Source: a virus. From it: 64,000 nucleotides of DNA. A program made the position numbers and the translations under genes. Below, in pieces: positions 1 through 9,165 of this stretch. Where the stretch lies: positions 5,863 through 69,862 of the IMG/VR virus record IMGVR_UViG_3300020401_000016; one strand, written 5' to 3'. Position 1 is the stretch's first letter. Each line of letters opens with the position of its first letter. Under the pieces are notes generated by a model that searched no databases, was not told where the DNA came from, and saw only the letters and a list, made by a program, of their open reading frames with translations.

Positions 1-230
1 AAACCTTTGGCATTCAATCTGTCCCAACTCTTGTTGCCCACACTGTAGATGGGTTCATCTAGGAATGGTTCAAGGCTGTGCTGATAATTGTTCAGTGCTT
101 CCATGTGTGTGATTAAGAGTGGACCTTTGCGAGCCGCTGTGTGTTCCACGTGATGCGATTGTAAACAAGGCAACCACCTGGCTCCCTCTTCGAGCGGTCC
201 GGGATCTTGTATCTGAGTGTACACTATCAT
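1..230 (-). CDS. Uroporphyrinogen-III synthase (HemD)-like protein, N-terminal part, truncated by window edge
   Basis: Not in the ORF track. Manual translation from ATG at 230 is open to the edge: MIVYTQIQDPGPLEEGARWLPCLQSHHVEHTAARKGPLLITHMEALNNYQHSLEPFLDEPIYSVGNKSWDRLNAKG. Resembles the HemD pattern P-(l/i)...liiTS.nav...piyaVG.kTa..l...G. Confidence 0.5.
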   Translation of the reverse strand, partial: MIVYTQIQDPGPLEEGARWLPCLQSHHVEHTAARKGPLLITHMEALNNYQHSLEPFLDEPIYSVGNKSWDRLNAKG

Positions 231-267
231 AAAATGTAGAATTATTTAATTTGCCGATTGCATGATT

Positions 268-296
268 AAATTAGCACATTTGCTTGTAGGTGTCAA
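268..296 (-). promoter_or_regulatory. Sigma70-like promoter for the HemD-like gene
   Basis: Minus strand TTGACA (296-291), 17-nt spacer ending TGC, TAATTT (273-268). A late-type TAAATA is also present at 248-243. Confidence 0.55.
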
Positions 297-353
297 GAAA
301 GCACATTGTCGCATACTTTATATATTGTACTTGTACACAGGTTTTTGGCAATT

Positions 354-566
354 TTAAAAGAATGGTTGTCCAGTTTTCTTGGCAGTTTCCAGATTTTCTT
401 TGACCAAATTGCCAATCATTTCACGTTCTTCAAATGTGCTGGCATAGGCTTCACTGAGTGTTACTCCGCCTCTCATGTACCAACACATTCGTACCAAATC
501 AAATCTGAATGCTTTCTTCTCTGCTTCCATCTTGGCGATTTCTTGTTTCACCTCGAGTACGGACAT
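354..566 (-). CDS. Baseplate hub assembly protein, T4 gp51-like
   Basis: 70 aa with CWYMRGGVTLSEAY...EREMI pattern; directly downstream of a gp26-like gene. Confidence 0.6.
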   Translation of the reverse strand: MSVLEVKQEIAKMEAEKKAFRFDLVRMCWYMRGGVTLSEAYASTFEEREMIGNLVKENLETAKKTGQPFF

Positions 567-577
567 GGAGAGTATTC

Positions 578-1447
578 TTATACGAAAAAATTTGATTGAT
601 CGAAAGTGATTGGAACTTCAAAAGTTTCCGGAGCACCCTTCTCCTGTTCTTCTTTGGTTGTGTTTGCAATGAAAGGTTTCACAGCAAATTTGTCACGCTG
701 TTCACCTATGTGATCTAAAATTGTGGAATAAAACTCTTTGCTAGTGTTTTGCATGAACTCCAAAATGTGTTTTGGTTCAGACACTGTTTTATCATCCACT
801 TCGATTGTGGCAATACTTTTTGCCACAGTTTCCACAGTCAAGTCAGTCAACTTATTAAATGCTGTTCTGAATCTTTCCATCTTTTCTTCTGCAGGAATTG
901 AATCATCATTTATCAAGTTGTAGACTCTTTGTTCTTCAAAACTACGCATAGCATCTTTAGTGAACTCTGTGTACATCAATGGACGCAGTGTGATTTTCAT
1001 ATTGTCCATCTGGATTACATTTTCATATTTGGCTGACATCAACGGAGCCATTATGGTGTTAAGATCAATTTCGTAATCTTTCTCGTCACCTATATTAGGC
1101 ACTTTGATTGTGATTGTCATTTTTTCACCATACGTGGCAATTCTAATTGCTATGATTAATGCATCAACATCTAAACTTGGCATATACCAAGGATTTTTAA
1201 TTGCTGGCACACAACTCTTGATAACATCTGCTGTGGCTGTGCCATTCATTAGGCTGTCTGGTGTTTTTAAAAGTAATTCATCTTTTGCAGTGAGTGGATA
1301 AATTGCCACTTCACCCGATTCAGGTAGATCCAATGCTCCTGGTGGATAGTACTTGCCACCACTTGGTAATCGAACGTGTAATTTAGGCTGTCTAAAATAC
1401 TTCTGTAACGGATTACTGGTATTTTGTCCTGTTGTTTGTTCTGTCAT
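578..1447 (-). CDS. Baseplate hub subunit, T4 gp26-like
   Basis: LPSGGKYY...YPLTAKDELLL...DALIIAIRIATYGE and C-terminal FF. Start moved to ATG 1447 because an AGGAG SD lies at 1457-1453. Confidence 0.7.
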   Translation of the reverse strand: MTEQTTGQNTSNPLQKYFRQPKLHVRLPSGGKYYPPGALDLPESGEVAIYPLTAKDELLLKTPDSLMNGTATADVIKSCVPAIKNPWYMPSLDVDALIIAIRIATYGEKMTITIKVPNIGDEKDYEIDLNTIMAPLMSAKYENVIQMDNMKITLRPLMYTEFTKDAMRSFEEQRVYNLINDDSIPAEEKMERFRTAFNKLTDLTVETVAKSIATIEVDDKTVSEPKHILEFMQNTSKEFYSTILDHIGEQRDKFAVKPFIANTTKEEQEKGAPETFEVPITFDQSNFFV

Positions 1448-1456
1448 TTTTTCTCC

Positions 1457-1464
1457 TATAAATA
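1457..1464 (+). promoter_or_regulatory. T4-type late promoter TATAAATA
   Basis: Exact T4 late -10 consensus upstream of the 1534 gene. Confidence 0.65.
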
Positions 1465-1533
1465 CACACACAAAGGAGTGCATTCAAATAATATAGTAGT
1501 ATTTACTACTGCTCATTAAGTGCGTACATAATT

Positions 1534-3669
1534 ATGGCAGATAACCAGGATCTTATAGAATATTTTGAGGGGTTACCCAATACCGAAAAACAAGGCCCTG
1601 CCAGTGAAGCCACTTTAAGAGCACTATTAGATGCTTTCACAGGCAAATCCAGTAAAGATAACAAAGATAAGAAAATTCAACAAGACGTCAACAAAGCCAA
1701 AAAAGAAGAAAAAGAAGAAATAAAGACAATCACCCAACGATTACGTAAATGGGAGGCACAGTTATTTGAATCCGAACGTGGAATGTATTCAGCGTACATA
1801 GGTGCTAAAATGTTTGGTACCCAATTGATGACAGGCAGAGCATCAATTGAAAGTTTCGGAGATACCCTGGTTGAAATGGCTGATCAAACTGGTAATAAGT
1901 TTTTGTTTGGATTGGCAAAAAGTTTTCAAGTACTTACGAGAATTGTTGACCAACAAATAGATAACTTCAAACAGTTATCGGAAGTAGGTGTGCAGTTCAG
2001 TGACGGTTTGTTCACCACTCGTGAATTGGCTTTGAGAGCAGGAGTTTCTTTAGATGTGTTTACACAAAACTTAGGCAAAAGTGCAAACACCTTTGCATTG
2101 CTAGGTGGAAGTGTTAGAGCAGGAACTGAAAGGTTCACAGAGATCAGTAGATTGTTACAAACTGAATTTAGATCACAAGCAAATGCACTTGGTTTAACAT
2201 TTGAAGAAACAACAGACTACCTAACAGATTATTTAGAAATACAAACTAGACAAGGTAAAGCACAAACAATGACAGACAGACAACTGAACATGGGTGCTCA
2301 AGAATTTATTGTGCAATTGGATCAACTAGCGGCAATCACTGGTAAGCAAAGAAAACAACTTGCTGATCAATTAAAAGCAGATATACAAGATACTAAAATT
2401 AAAGCGGCATTGCAGGCAGTGGAAGCCAGTGGTGCAAAAAATATTCAAAACATAGTGATGGCTATGAGTTCACTGCCTCCTAGTATGCAAGAAGGATTTA
2501 AAGTGCTAATTGGTACAGCAGGTGTACCTATTGGTGACATGGCAGAAAGTTTAGTAAGGCTTAATCCTAATTTAATGGAGTTTTTCAGACGTGTGGCAAA
2601 TGGTCAAGGCACTGTGGCAGAATTTGAGGCAATAGTAAGACAAACAGCAAACCGTTCACAAGCGTTGGGCAGTAGTTTCCAATCACAAGGTAGACTTTTA
2701 TCAACTTTGGGTATTAACACCCTAGAAGCCAATGTGCAAATGTTTGATCAAACCAAGTTCGGTTTACAAAGAAACAAAGTTGAAAAACAACAGACAGAAG
2801 CAATGAAGGCAATGTCAAATCAAATTGTAGGCTTTAAAGATTCTCTCAAAGACATTCAAAACTTTTTAATAACTGCGTTAATGCCGGCATTAAAAGTGCT
2901 TGGTTTCGTGTTAGGTGGTATTGCAAAATTAGTGTCTGGATTAACTGCCGGATTAATTAACAGTGAAAATGCAGTGGTCAGTTTTGTAGGCAGTTTAGGT
3001 GCGGCAGTTCTTGCACTTGGTGCCTTGAAAGTTGCCGCTGGTGCATTAAGATTAGCATTCTCCGGCGTAGGTGGCATCATGAGCAAATTTATGCCAACGC
3101 TTGGAGGCGGCGGAGCCACAAAAGCAGTTGTGGGAGCATCGGCTTTAAGCAAGGCAGGCCCGGCAGTAGCAAAAGGCGGTGCGTTTGCTGGTTTAGGTAT
3201 TGGTGCACTATTAGGTTTATCAGGTGCAGGTGCTGGTTTAGGTATTGCCGCAATTGGTAAAGGGTTACAGACATTCAACAATGTAGACGGTAAAAACTTA
3301 TCAGAAGTGGCAGATGCCACAAAGAAAATGGTAATGGCTATGGTATCAGGAGTAGCCAATGGTGGAGATTTGGCACAAGGTGTATCAGGATTAAGAACTT
3401 ATGCCAAAAGTATGTCTCAGGCGCTAGATGATCTTGACAAAGACAAATTATCGTTATATACTACAAAGTTAGAAGAATTAGCAGGAGCATTTAGAGAAGT
3501 GAATACAAGCATGAGTGGAGCAATTACATCATCCGGAAGAACTAACAAAGATAAACTCGATGCGATAAGTACAATACTTCAAGAAATTAAAGTGGTAATG
3601 GAAGACGTAGCAAATAGTAACAAGAATATTTCAAGAAAAACTACTAATTCAAACGTTTACAATACTTAG
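1534..3669 (+). CDS. Tape-measure-like protein
   Basis: 711 aa, helical Ala/Gln/Leu-rich with Gly/Ala-rich hydrophobic segments; divergent from hub genes. Confidence 0.55.
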   Translation: MADNQDLIEYFEGLPNTEKQGPASEATLRALLDAFTGKSSKDNKDKKIQQDVNKAKKEEKEEIKTITQRLRKWEAQLFESERGMYSAYIGAKMFGTQLMTGRASIESFGDTLVEMADQTGNKFLFGLAKSFQVLTRIVDQQIDNFKQLSEVGVQFSDGLFTTRELALRAGVSLDVFTQNLGKSANTFALLGGSVRAGTERFTEISRLLQTEFRSQANALGLTFEETTDYLTDYLEIQTRQGKAQTMTDRQLNMGAQEFIVQLDQLAAITGKQRKQLADQLKADIQDTKIKAALQAVEASGAKNIQNIVMAMSSLPPSMQEGFKVLIGTAGVPIGDMAESLVRLNPNLMEFFRRVANGQGTVAEFEAIVRQTANRSQALGSSFQSQGRLLSTLGINTLEANVQMFDQTKFGLQRNKVEKQQTEAMKAMSNQIVGFKDSLKDIQNFLITALMPALKVLGFVLGGIAKLVSGLTAGLINSENAVVSFVGSLGAAVLALGALKVAAGALRLAFSGVGGIMSKFMPTLGGGGATKAVVGASALSKAGPAVAKGGAFAGLGIGALLGLSGAGAGLGIAAIGKGLQTFNNVDGKNLSEVADATKKMVMAMVSGVANGGDLAQGVSGLRTYAKSMSQALDDLDKDKLSLYTTKLEELAGAFREVNTSMSGAITSSGRTNKDKLDAISTILQEIKVVMEDVANSNKNISRKTTNSNVYNT

Positions 3670-3677
3670 GATAAAAA

Positions 3678-5438
3678 ATGAGTTGGAAAAGATATTTTAC
3701 GCAAGTCCCAGTAGGCACAGATGTCACAGGTAATGCATCACCAATGGGATCAACAGCATCTGGTACAGCCGGTCCGGCAAGAACAAATTATTCATCATAT
3801 CTACCAGATGTGTACACAGGTTCACCAAACAGGATTGAAAGATACGGACAATACAACACAATGGATTTAGATTCTGAGGTCAATGCGGCTTTAGATATAC
3901 TTGCAGAATTTTGCAGTCAGCAAAATCCTAACAACAGCACAGTATTTAAAATGCATTTCAAACAGAGAGCAACTAATTCTGAAGTGCAAATATTAAAACA
4001 ATACCTGCAACAATGGTGTAAAATGAATGACTTCAACAAAAGAATGTTTAAAATTTTACGTAATGTGTTCAAGTATGGCGATGCATTTTTTATAAGAGAT
4101 CCTGAAACTAAAAAATGGTTCCATGTTGATCCTGCAAAAGTAACAAAAATTATTGTTAATGAAAGCACAGGCAAAACTCCTGAACAATATATTGTTAAAG
4201 ATATAAATTTTAATTTCAAAAACATGGTTGCAACAACACCATATCAAACAACAGGCAATGTGACAGGTGGTGGCTCTGGATATTTGACAGGCGGTGCAAG
4301 AGGTTACGTAGGAGCAAGTGGTCATGACTACGCAACATCATCTGGATCAAGATTTTCAACTGGTATGAAAGAAATTGCAGTTGATTCTGAACACGTTGTA
4401 CATTTAAGTTTGTCTGAAGGATTAGATAACAATTTCCCATTTGGTAATTCATTGCTTGAAGCAGTGTTTAAAGTGTTTAAACAAAAAGAATTATTAGAAG
4501 ACGCAATTATAATTTACAGAACACAAAGAGCACCTGAGAGACGTGTGTTCTACATTGACGTTGGTAATATGCCAAGTCACCTTGCAATGCAGTTTGTTGA
4601 AAGAGTTAAAACAGAAATTCACCAAAGACGTATTCCAAGTGCAACAGGTGGCGGAACAAGTGTAATTGATTCAGCATACAATCCATTATCCACAAACGAA
4701 GATTACTTCTTCCCGCAAACTGCTGAAGGTAGGGGTTCTAAAGTTGAAACATTGCCTGGTGGTACAAACTTAGGCGAGATTGATGACCTCAAGTTCTTTA
4801 CAAATAAATTGTTTAGAGGTTTAAGAATACCAAGTTCATACTTGCCAACAGGAGCAGATGATTCAAACAGTCAATACAATGACGGTAGAGTGGGCACAGC
4901 ATACATCCAAGAGTTAAGATTTAACAAATATTGCGAAAGATTACAAAACTTAATAGTAGAAGAGTTTAATCAAGAATTTAAAAGATACTTGTTAGAAAAA
5001 GGAATCAATATTGATACATCAATGTTTGATTTGAAAATGCAACCACCAATGAATTTTGCATCATACAGACAAGCAGAACTAGATAATCAAAGAATATCAA
5101 CATTTACACAGTTGTCAGCAGTGCCACACGTAAGCAAACGTTACGCATTAATGAGATTCTTAGGCTTGACAGAAGAAGAAATGGCTGAAAATGAAAGACT
5201 GTGGAGAGAAGAGAATGATGATACTTTAGGTGCTAGACCTACTGAAAGCACAGGTGAATTGAGAAGTGCAGGAATCAGTGGAGCAGGCATACAACAAGAT
5301 TTAGATAACGTAGATCAAGAAGCAGAAACAGGAGATGAACCTGCAGGCGGACAATCACCAATAGGTGGTACTGGTACAGCAACACCAACACCTGATCAAA
5401 CAGGCGGCACTGGTGGACAAACTCCTCCTACTACATAA
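3678..5438 (+). CDS. gp20: Portal vertex protein (T4 gp20-like)
   Basis: LLEDAIIIYRTQRAPERRVFYIDVGNMP, EDYFFP, GRGSKVETLPGG, LFRGLRIPSSYL. Confidence 0.95.
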   Translation: MSWKRYFTQVPVGTDVTGNASPMGSTASGTAGPARTNYSSYLPDVYTGSPNRIERYGQYNTMDLDSEVNAALDILAEFCSQQNPNNSTVFKMHFKQRATNSEVQILKQYLQQWCKMNDFNKRMFKILRNVFKYGDAFFIRDPETKKWFHVDPAKVTKIIVNESTGKTPEQYIVKDINFNFKNMVATTPYQTTGNVTGGGSGYLTGGARGYVGASGHDYATSSGSRFSTGMKEIAVDSEHVVHLSLSEGLDNNFPFGNSLLEAVFKVFKQKELLEDAIIIYRTQRAPERRVFYIDVGNMPSHLAMQFVERVKTEIHQRRIPSATGGGTSVIDSAYNPLSTNEDYFFPQTAEGRGSKVETLPGGTNLGEIDDLKFFTNKLFRGLRIPSSYLPTGADDSNSQYNDGRVGTAYIQELRFNKYCERLQNLIVEEFNQEFKRYLLEKGINIDTSMFDLKMQPPMNFASYRQAELDNQRISTFTQLSAVPHVSKRYALMRFLGLTEEEMAENERLWREENDDTLGARPTESTGELRSAGISGAGIQQDLDNVDQEAETGDEPAGGQSPIGGTGTATPTPDQTGGTGGQTPPTT

Positions 5439-5446
5439 ATATTGTC

Positions 5447-5686
5447 ATGATACTGAGAGAACTTTTTTATTTCGATAAAAATACATTGGAGAATGGAGAG
5501 AACAAAGGTTATTCTCCAAGCGATGACCAATCTATTGTGTCAAAAGATGATACACGTAAGACAAGATTAACACTGAAGCAGATCAACAGAGCCAGAATGG
5601 CAGGCGAATTTCATAAAGAAGAGCAAGAGAAAGAATTAGAATTCATCAGAAAAATGTATTCTGCGGACCAACAAGCAGAGATTTAA
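5447..5686 (+). CDS. Small conserved head-region protein
   Basis: 79 aa ORF between portal and prohead genes, preceded by TAAATA. Confidence 0.65.
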   Translation: MILRELFYFDKNTLENGENKGYSPSDDQSIVSKDDTRKTRLTLKQINRARMAGEFHKEEQEKELEFIRKMYSADQQAEI

Positions 5687-5688
5687 CC

Positions 5689-6279
5689 ATGTCAACAGCA
5701 TTTGTGCTAGGCAACGGCACAAGTAGGCAAGGAATTGCCTTAGAACCATTGCGAGATTATGGCAAAATATATGCCTGCAATGCCGTGTTCAGAGAGTTTG
5801 ATCCCGATTATCTAGTGGCTGTTGATGCCAAGATGATATTTGAGATATGTGGGGAGAACTATCAATACAAAAAGCCGGTATGGACCAACGAAAACAGAGC
5901 CTTTAAGAAGTTTAAGAAGTTGAATTACTTTTCACCACCCCTTGGTTGGAGTTCTGGACCAACTGCCTTGCACCTTGCCACTAAAAATGCCCACACAAGA
6001 CTATATCTATTGGGTTGGGACTTCGTTGGCACAAGGGAAGGCAAGTTAAACAACCTATATGCCGACACTAAGAACTACAAGAAAAGCACAGACGTTGCAA
6101 CCTACCACGGTAATTGGATGCGTCAAACTTGCATTATTCTGCAGAAAAATCCACTAAAGAGATATATACGTGTAGTCAGAGATGGTAAATCGACGTTCAA
6201 GGCGCAAGATTTACACAAATACGCGAATTACAGTGAGATTACTATTTCTGAGTTCAAGAATACACACAACCTGCCATAA
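5689..6279 (+). CDS. DUF115/Maf-like nucleotide-binding protein (possible glycosyltransferase-related fold)
   Basis: AFVLGNGTSR, IYACNA, PDYLVAVD, SSGPTAL, LYLLGWDF. Confidence 0.55.
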   Translation: MSTAFVLGNGTSRQGIALEPLRDYGKIYACNAVFREFDPDYLVAVDAKMIFEICGENYQYKKPVWTNENRAFKKFKKLNYFSPPLGWSSGPTALHLATKNAHTRLYLLGWDFVGTREGKLNNLYADTKNYKKSTDVATYHGNWMRQTCIILQKNPLKRYIRVVRDGKSTFKAQDLHKYANYSEITISEFKNTHNLP

Positions 6280-6375
6280 ACAGGGCCATTTTGGGCCTAT
6301 TACCTACCGTTTTGACTAATTAAAACTAAATAATATTTGACAGTACTATAATCTTAACTTACGGAGGAAAAACAG

Positions 6376-7404
6376 ATGTCAGAACAAAAAAATAAGTTCG
6401 AAGCAATGTTAGAAAAACTCGTAGCCGATGACAAACAAGGCGCAGAAGAGTTATTCCACGACATTGTTGTAGAAAAATCAAGAGAGATTTATGAAAATCT
6501 TCTTGAAGGCGATTTAGAAGATGCTAAAGTTGAAGAAAAAACTGAAGAAAAAACTGAAGCAAAAGCCAAAGAAGATAAAAAAGATGAAGCAGTAGAAGAG
6601 AAAACAGACGCTTCTGAAAAAGAAGAAGATGCTGTAGAAGAAAAAACTGAAACTTCTGAAAAAGAAGAAGACGCTGTAGAAGAAAAAGCAGACGATTCTG
6701 AAAAAGCAGAAGACAAAGTTGAAGAAGTATCTACTGATGAAGCAGAAGAGAAAGCAGAAGAAACTGCTGAAATCCCTGCTGAGCAACAAATTTCGCCAGA
6801 AGCACACGGTGGAGATGCAACTGATGATATGATCGGTGATATCGAAGCAGACAAAGGCGAAGAAGGCAACGATGAAAACGGTGAAGAAGACATCGAAGAC
6901 AGAGTTGTTGATTTAGAAGATGCTATTGATGACCTTAAAGCAGAATTTGAAAAAATGATGTCAGACAAGGAAGATGGCGAAGGCGACGACGAAGACTCTG
7001 AAGGCGACGAAGAGAAAGAAGACGAAGCAATCGCAGATCAATCAGCAGAGGGAGAAGTAGAAGTTGCTCCCGAACTTGGTGACCAACCAGCAGTTGAGTC
7101 AAAAGAAGCACCAAAAACTGCAACAGAAGAAATTAGAGAGTATGTGAACAAAGTAAGTGCATCAAACACTGACGGTTCAGATAATTCTAAATCTCCAGTT
7201 GCTGGTAAAAATGACATGGGTGGATCTTCAAGCAATATAGCACAAGGTGGTGAAGAAGCAGGTTCTAAAGCACCAGCGGCTAAAGAAGAAGATGCAGGCA
7301 ATGTTAACAAACCAGGTGCAAAGGCTAAAATGAGTGCGGCACCAAAGGCTCAGACTAAAGCAGATGATGACGGTTCTGCTTCAAAGTCAACATTGGGCAG
7401 TTAA
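6376..7404 (+). CDS. Highly acidic prohead core / internal head protein
   Basis: Glu/Asp/Lys-rich low complexity, GGAGG SD, position just before the prohead protease. Confidence 0.65.
   Translation: MSEQKNKFEAMLEKLVADDKQGAEELFHDIVVEKSREIYENLLEGDLEDAKVEEKTEEKTEAKAKEDKKDEAVEEKTDASEKEEDAVEEKTETSEKEEDAVEEKADDSEKAEDKVEEVSTDEAEEKAEETAEIPAEQQISPEAHGGDATDDMIGDIEADKGEEGNDENGEEDIEDRVVDLEDAIDDLKAEFEKMMSDKEDGEGDDEDSEGDEEKEDEAIADQSAEGEVEVAPELGDQPAVESKEAPKTATEEIREYVNKVSASNTDGSDNSKSPVAGKNDMGGSSSNIAQGGEEAGSKAPAAKEEDAGNVNKPGAKAKMSAAPKAQTKADDDGSASKSTLGS
6586..6726 (+). repeat. Imperfect 42-bp tandem repeat (about 3.4 units) encoding DAVEEKTETSEKEE
   Basis: Units begin at 6586, 6628, 6670 and 6712. Confidence 0.85.
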
Positions 7405-7424
7405 TAACCGTTAGGATATAAAGG

Positions 7425-8042
7425 ATGTTATCATTACGTGAGACGCTGACCTTCGACCAAGCAAAAATAGTCGTTGAGTCCAAAGATGAAAACAACGGAA
7501 AATCCCTTTACATGAAGGGTATTTGTATACAAGGTGGTGTGAAGAACGCTAACCAGAGAGTATATCCCGTGAGTGAGATCAGTAGGGCTGTCAGCACACT
7601 TAACGACCAAATAACTGGTGGATATTCAGTGTTAGGCGAAGTTGATCATCCGGAAGGTCTTAACATTAATTTGGACAGAGTCAGCCATATGTTAACAGAT
7701 ATGTGGATGGAAGGTCCAAACGGATACGGAAAATTAAAAATATTACCGACCCCTATGGGAAAACTAGTTGAAACAATGCTACAAAGCGGAGTTAAACTTG
7801 GTGTTTCTAGTAGGGGATCTGGTAATGTTAAAGAAGACGGATCCGGACAAGTATCAGATTTTGAAATTATTACAGTAGATGTTGTTGCACAACCAAGTGC
7901 ACCAGGAGCCTATCCAACTCCAATCTACGAACAGTTAATGAATTCTAAAGGTGGATATAAGGCGTTACAAACAGCAAGGGACACAAAGGCACAAAAATAT
8001 CTAAAAGAGGCGTTGGTTAACATAATCAACGGACTCAAATAG
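7425..8042 (+). CDS. gp21: Prohead protease (T4 gp21-like)
   Basis: GICIQGGVKNANQRVYP, LGEVDHP, LGVSSRGSG, DVVAQPSAPGAY. Confidence 0.95.
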   Translation: MLSLRETLTFDQAKIVVESKDENNGKSLYMKGICIQGGVKNANQRVYPVSEISRAVSTLNDQITGGYSVLGEVDHPEGLNINLDRVSHMLTDMWMEGPNGYGKLKILPTPMGKLVETMLQSGVKLGVSSRGSGNVKEDGSGQVSDFEIITVDVVAQPSAPGAYPTPIYEQLMNSKGGYKALQTARDTKAQKYLKEALVNIINGLK

Positions 8043-8055
8043 TAGGAGAAAATAA

Positions 8056-9147
8056 ATGTTAGATGCACTGAAATCACTCTTCGAAAACAACGCAATTTCA
8101 GAAGAGATCAGAGCAGAGATTGAATCCGCTTGGAATACCAAAGTGGAGGAAAACAAACACGCAGTAACGTCAGAACTTCGCGAAGAATTTGCGAAGAAAT
8201 ATGAACATGACAAAGCACAGATGGTAGAAGCCATCGATGCTATGGTTAATGAAAAGTTACAGGCGGAAATTGCTGAATTTGCCGAAGATCGTAAACAGTT
8301 GGCTGAACAAAAAGCCAAGTATGCGATTGCAATGAAGGAAGATTCAGCGAAGTTGAAAGGCTTTGTGTTTGAAAGACTTAAATCTGAAATCAGCGAATTA
8401 CACGCAGACCAAAAAGTTATGGCAGAAAACTTCCAGAAACTTGAGGAATTCGTAGTTGATGCTCTATCTAAAGAAATCGCAGAGTTTAACGAAGACAAAC
8501 AAGACGTCGCAGAGACGAAAGTACGTCTTATCAGAGAAGCAAAAGCACACTTTGAAAAAGTAAGAACGAAGTTCATTACAAAGAGTGCTGAAGCAGTGAC
8601 TACTATCGTTGAGAAAACATTGAAAAATGAAATTTCTCAATTGAGAGAAGACATTGACGCGGCTCGTAAAAACGACTTTGGTCGCAGACTGTACGAATCT
8701 TACGCTCAAGAATATTCACAATCTTTCTTGAACGAAAAAGGTGAGACAGCAAAACTTCTAAAAGTAGTTGACACAACAAAACTACAGGCGGAAGAAGCGA
8801 AAAAGACTGCTGAAGAGTTCAAGGCACAGGTTGACGCCAAAGAGGCTGAAATCAAATCGCTAAAAGAATCAGCAGAGAGAGAAAAAGTAATCAACGACTT
8901 GGTAAAGCCGTTGAATACAGAACAAAAAGATATAATGACAAATCTACTGGAGAGCGTGGAGACTGGAAAGTTGCAAAAGCAATTTGAAAAGTATATGCCA
9001 GCGGTTATCAATGGTAATTCTCCAGCGAAAAAACAGGCATTGAAAGAAGGCACAGAAATAACAGGCGACAAACAAGAAACAGTTAGTAAACCCGTGGGTC
9101 AATTCAACGGTAACATCGTTGATATTAAAAGACTTGCAGGGATATAA
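8056..9147 (+). CDS. gp22: Prohead scaffold protein (T4 gp22-like)
   Basis: Coiled-coil Glu/Lys-rich, located between protease and major capsid. Confidence 0.8.
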   Translation: MLDALKSLFENNAISEEIRAEIESAWNTKVEENKHAVTSELREEFAKKYEHDKAQMVEAIDAMVNEKLQAEIAEFAEDRKQLAEQKAKYAIAMKEDSAKLKGFVFERLKSEISELHADQKVMAENFQKLEEFVVDALSKEIAEFNEDKQDVAETKVRLIREAKAHFEKVRTKFITKSAEAVTTIVEKTLKNEISQLREDIDAARKNDFGRRLYESYAQEYSQSFLNEKGETAKLLKVVDTTKLQAEEAKKTAEEFKAQVDAKEAEIKSLKESAEREKVINDLVKPLNTEQKDIMTNLLESVETGKLQKQFEKYMPAVINGNSPAKKQALKEGTEITGDKQETVSKPVGQFNGNIVDIKRLAGI

Positions 9148-9165
9148 CATTAAGGAGAAAAAACA

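Noticed and set aside
6337-6352. Perfect TTGACA and TATAAT hexamers upstream of 6376
   Set aside because: Only 4 nt apart; the TAAATA at 6327 is the more plausible promoter.
6586-6726. Tandem repeats as a CRISPR array
   Set aside because: In-frame coding repeats without unique spacers; no cas genes.
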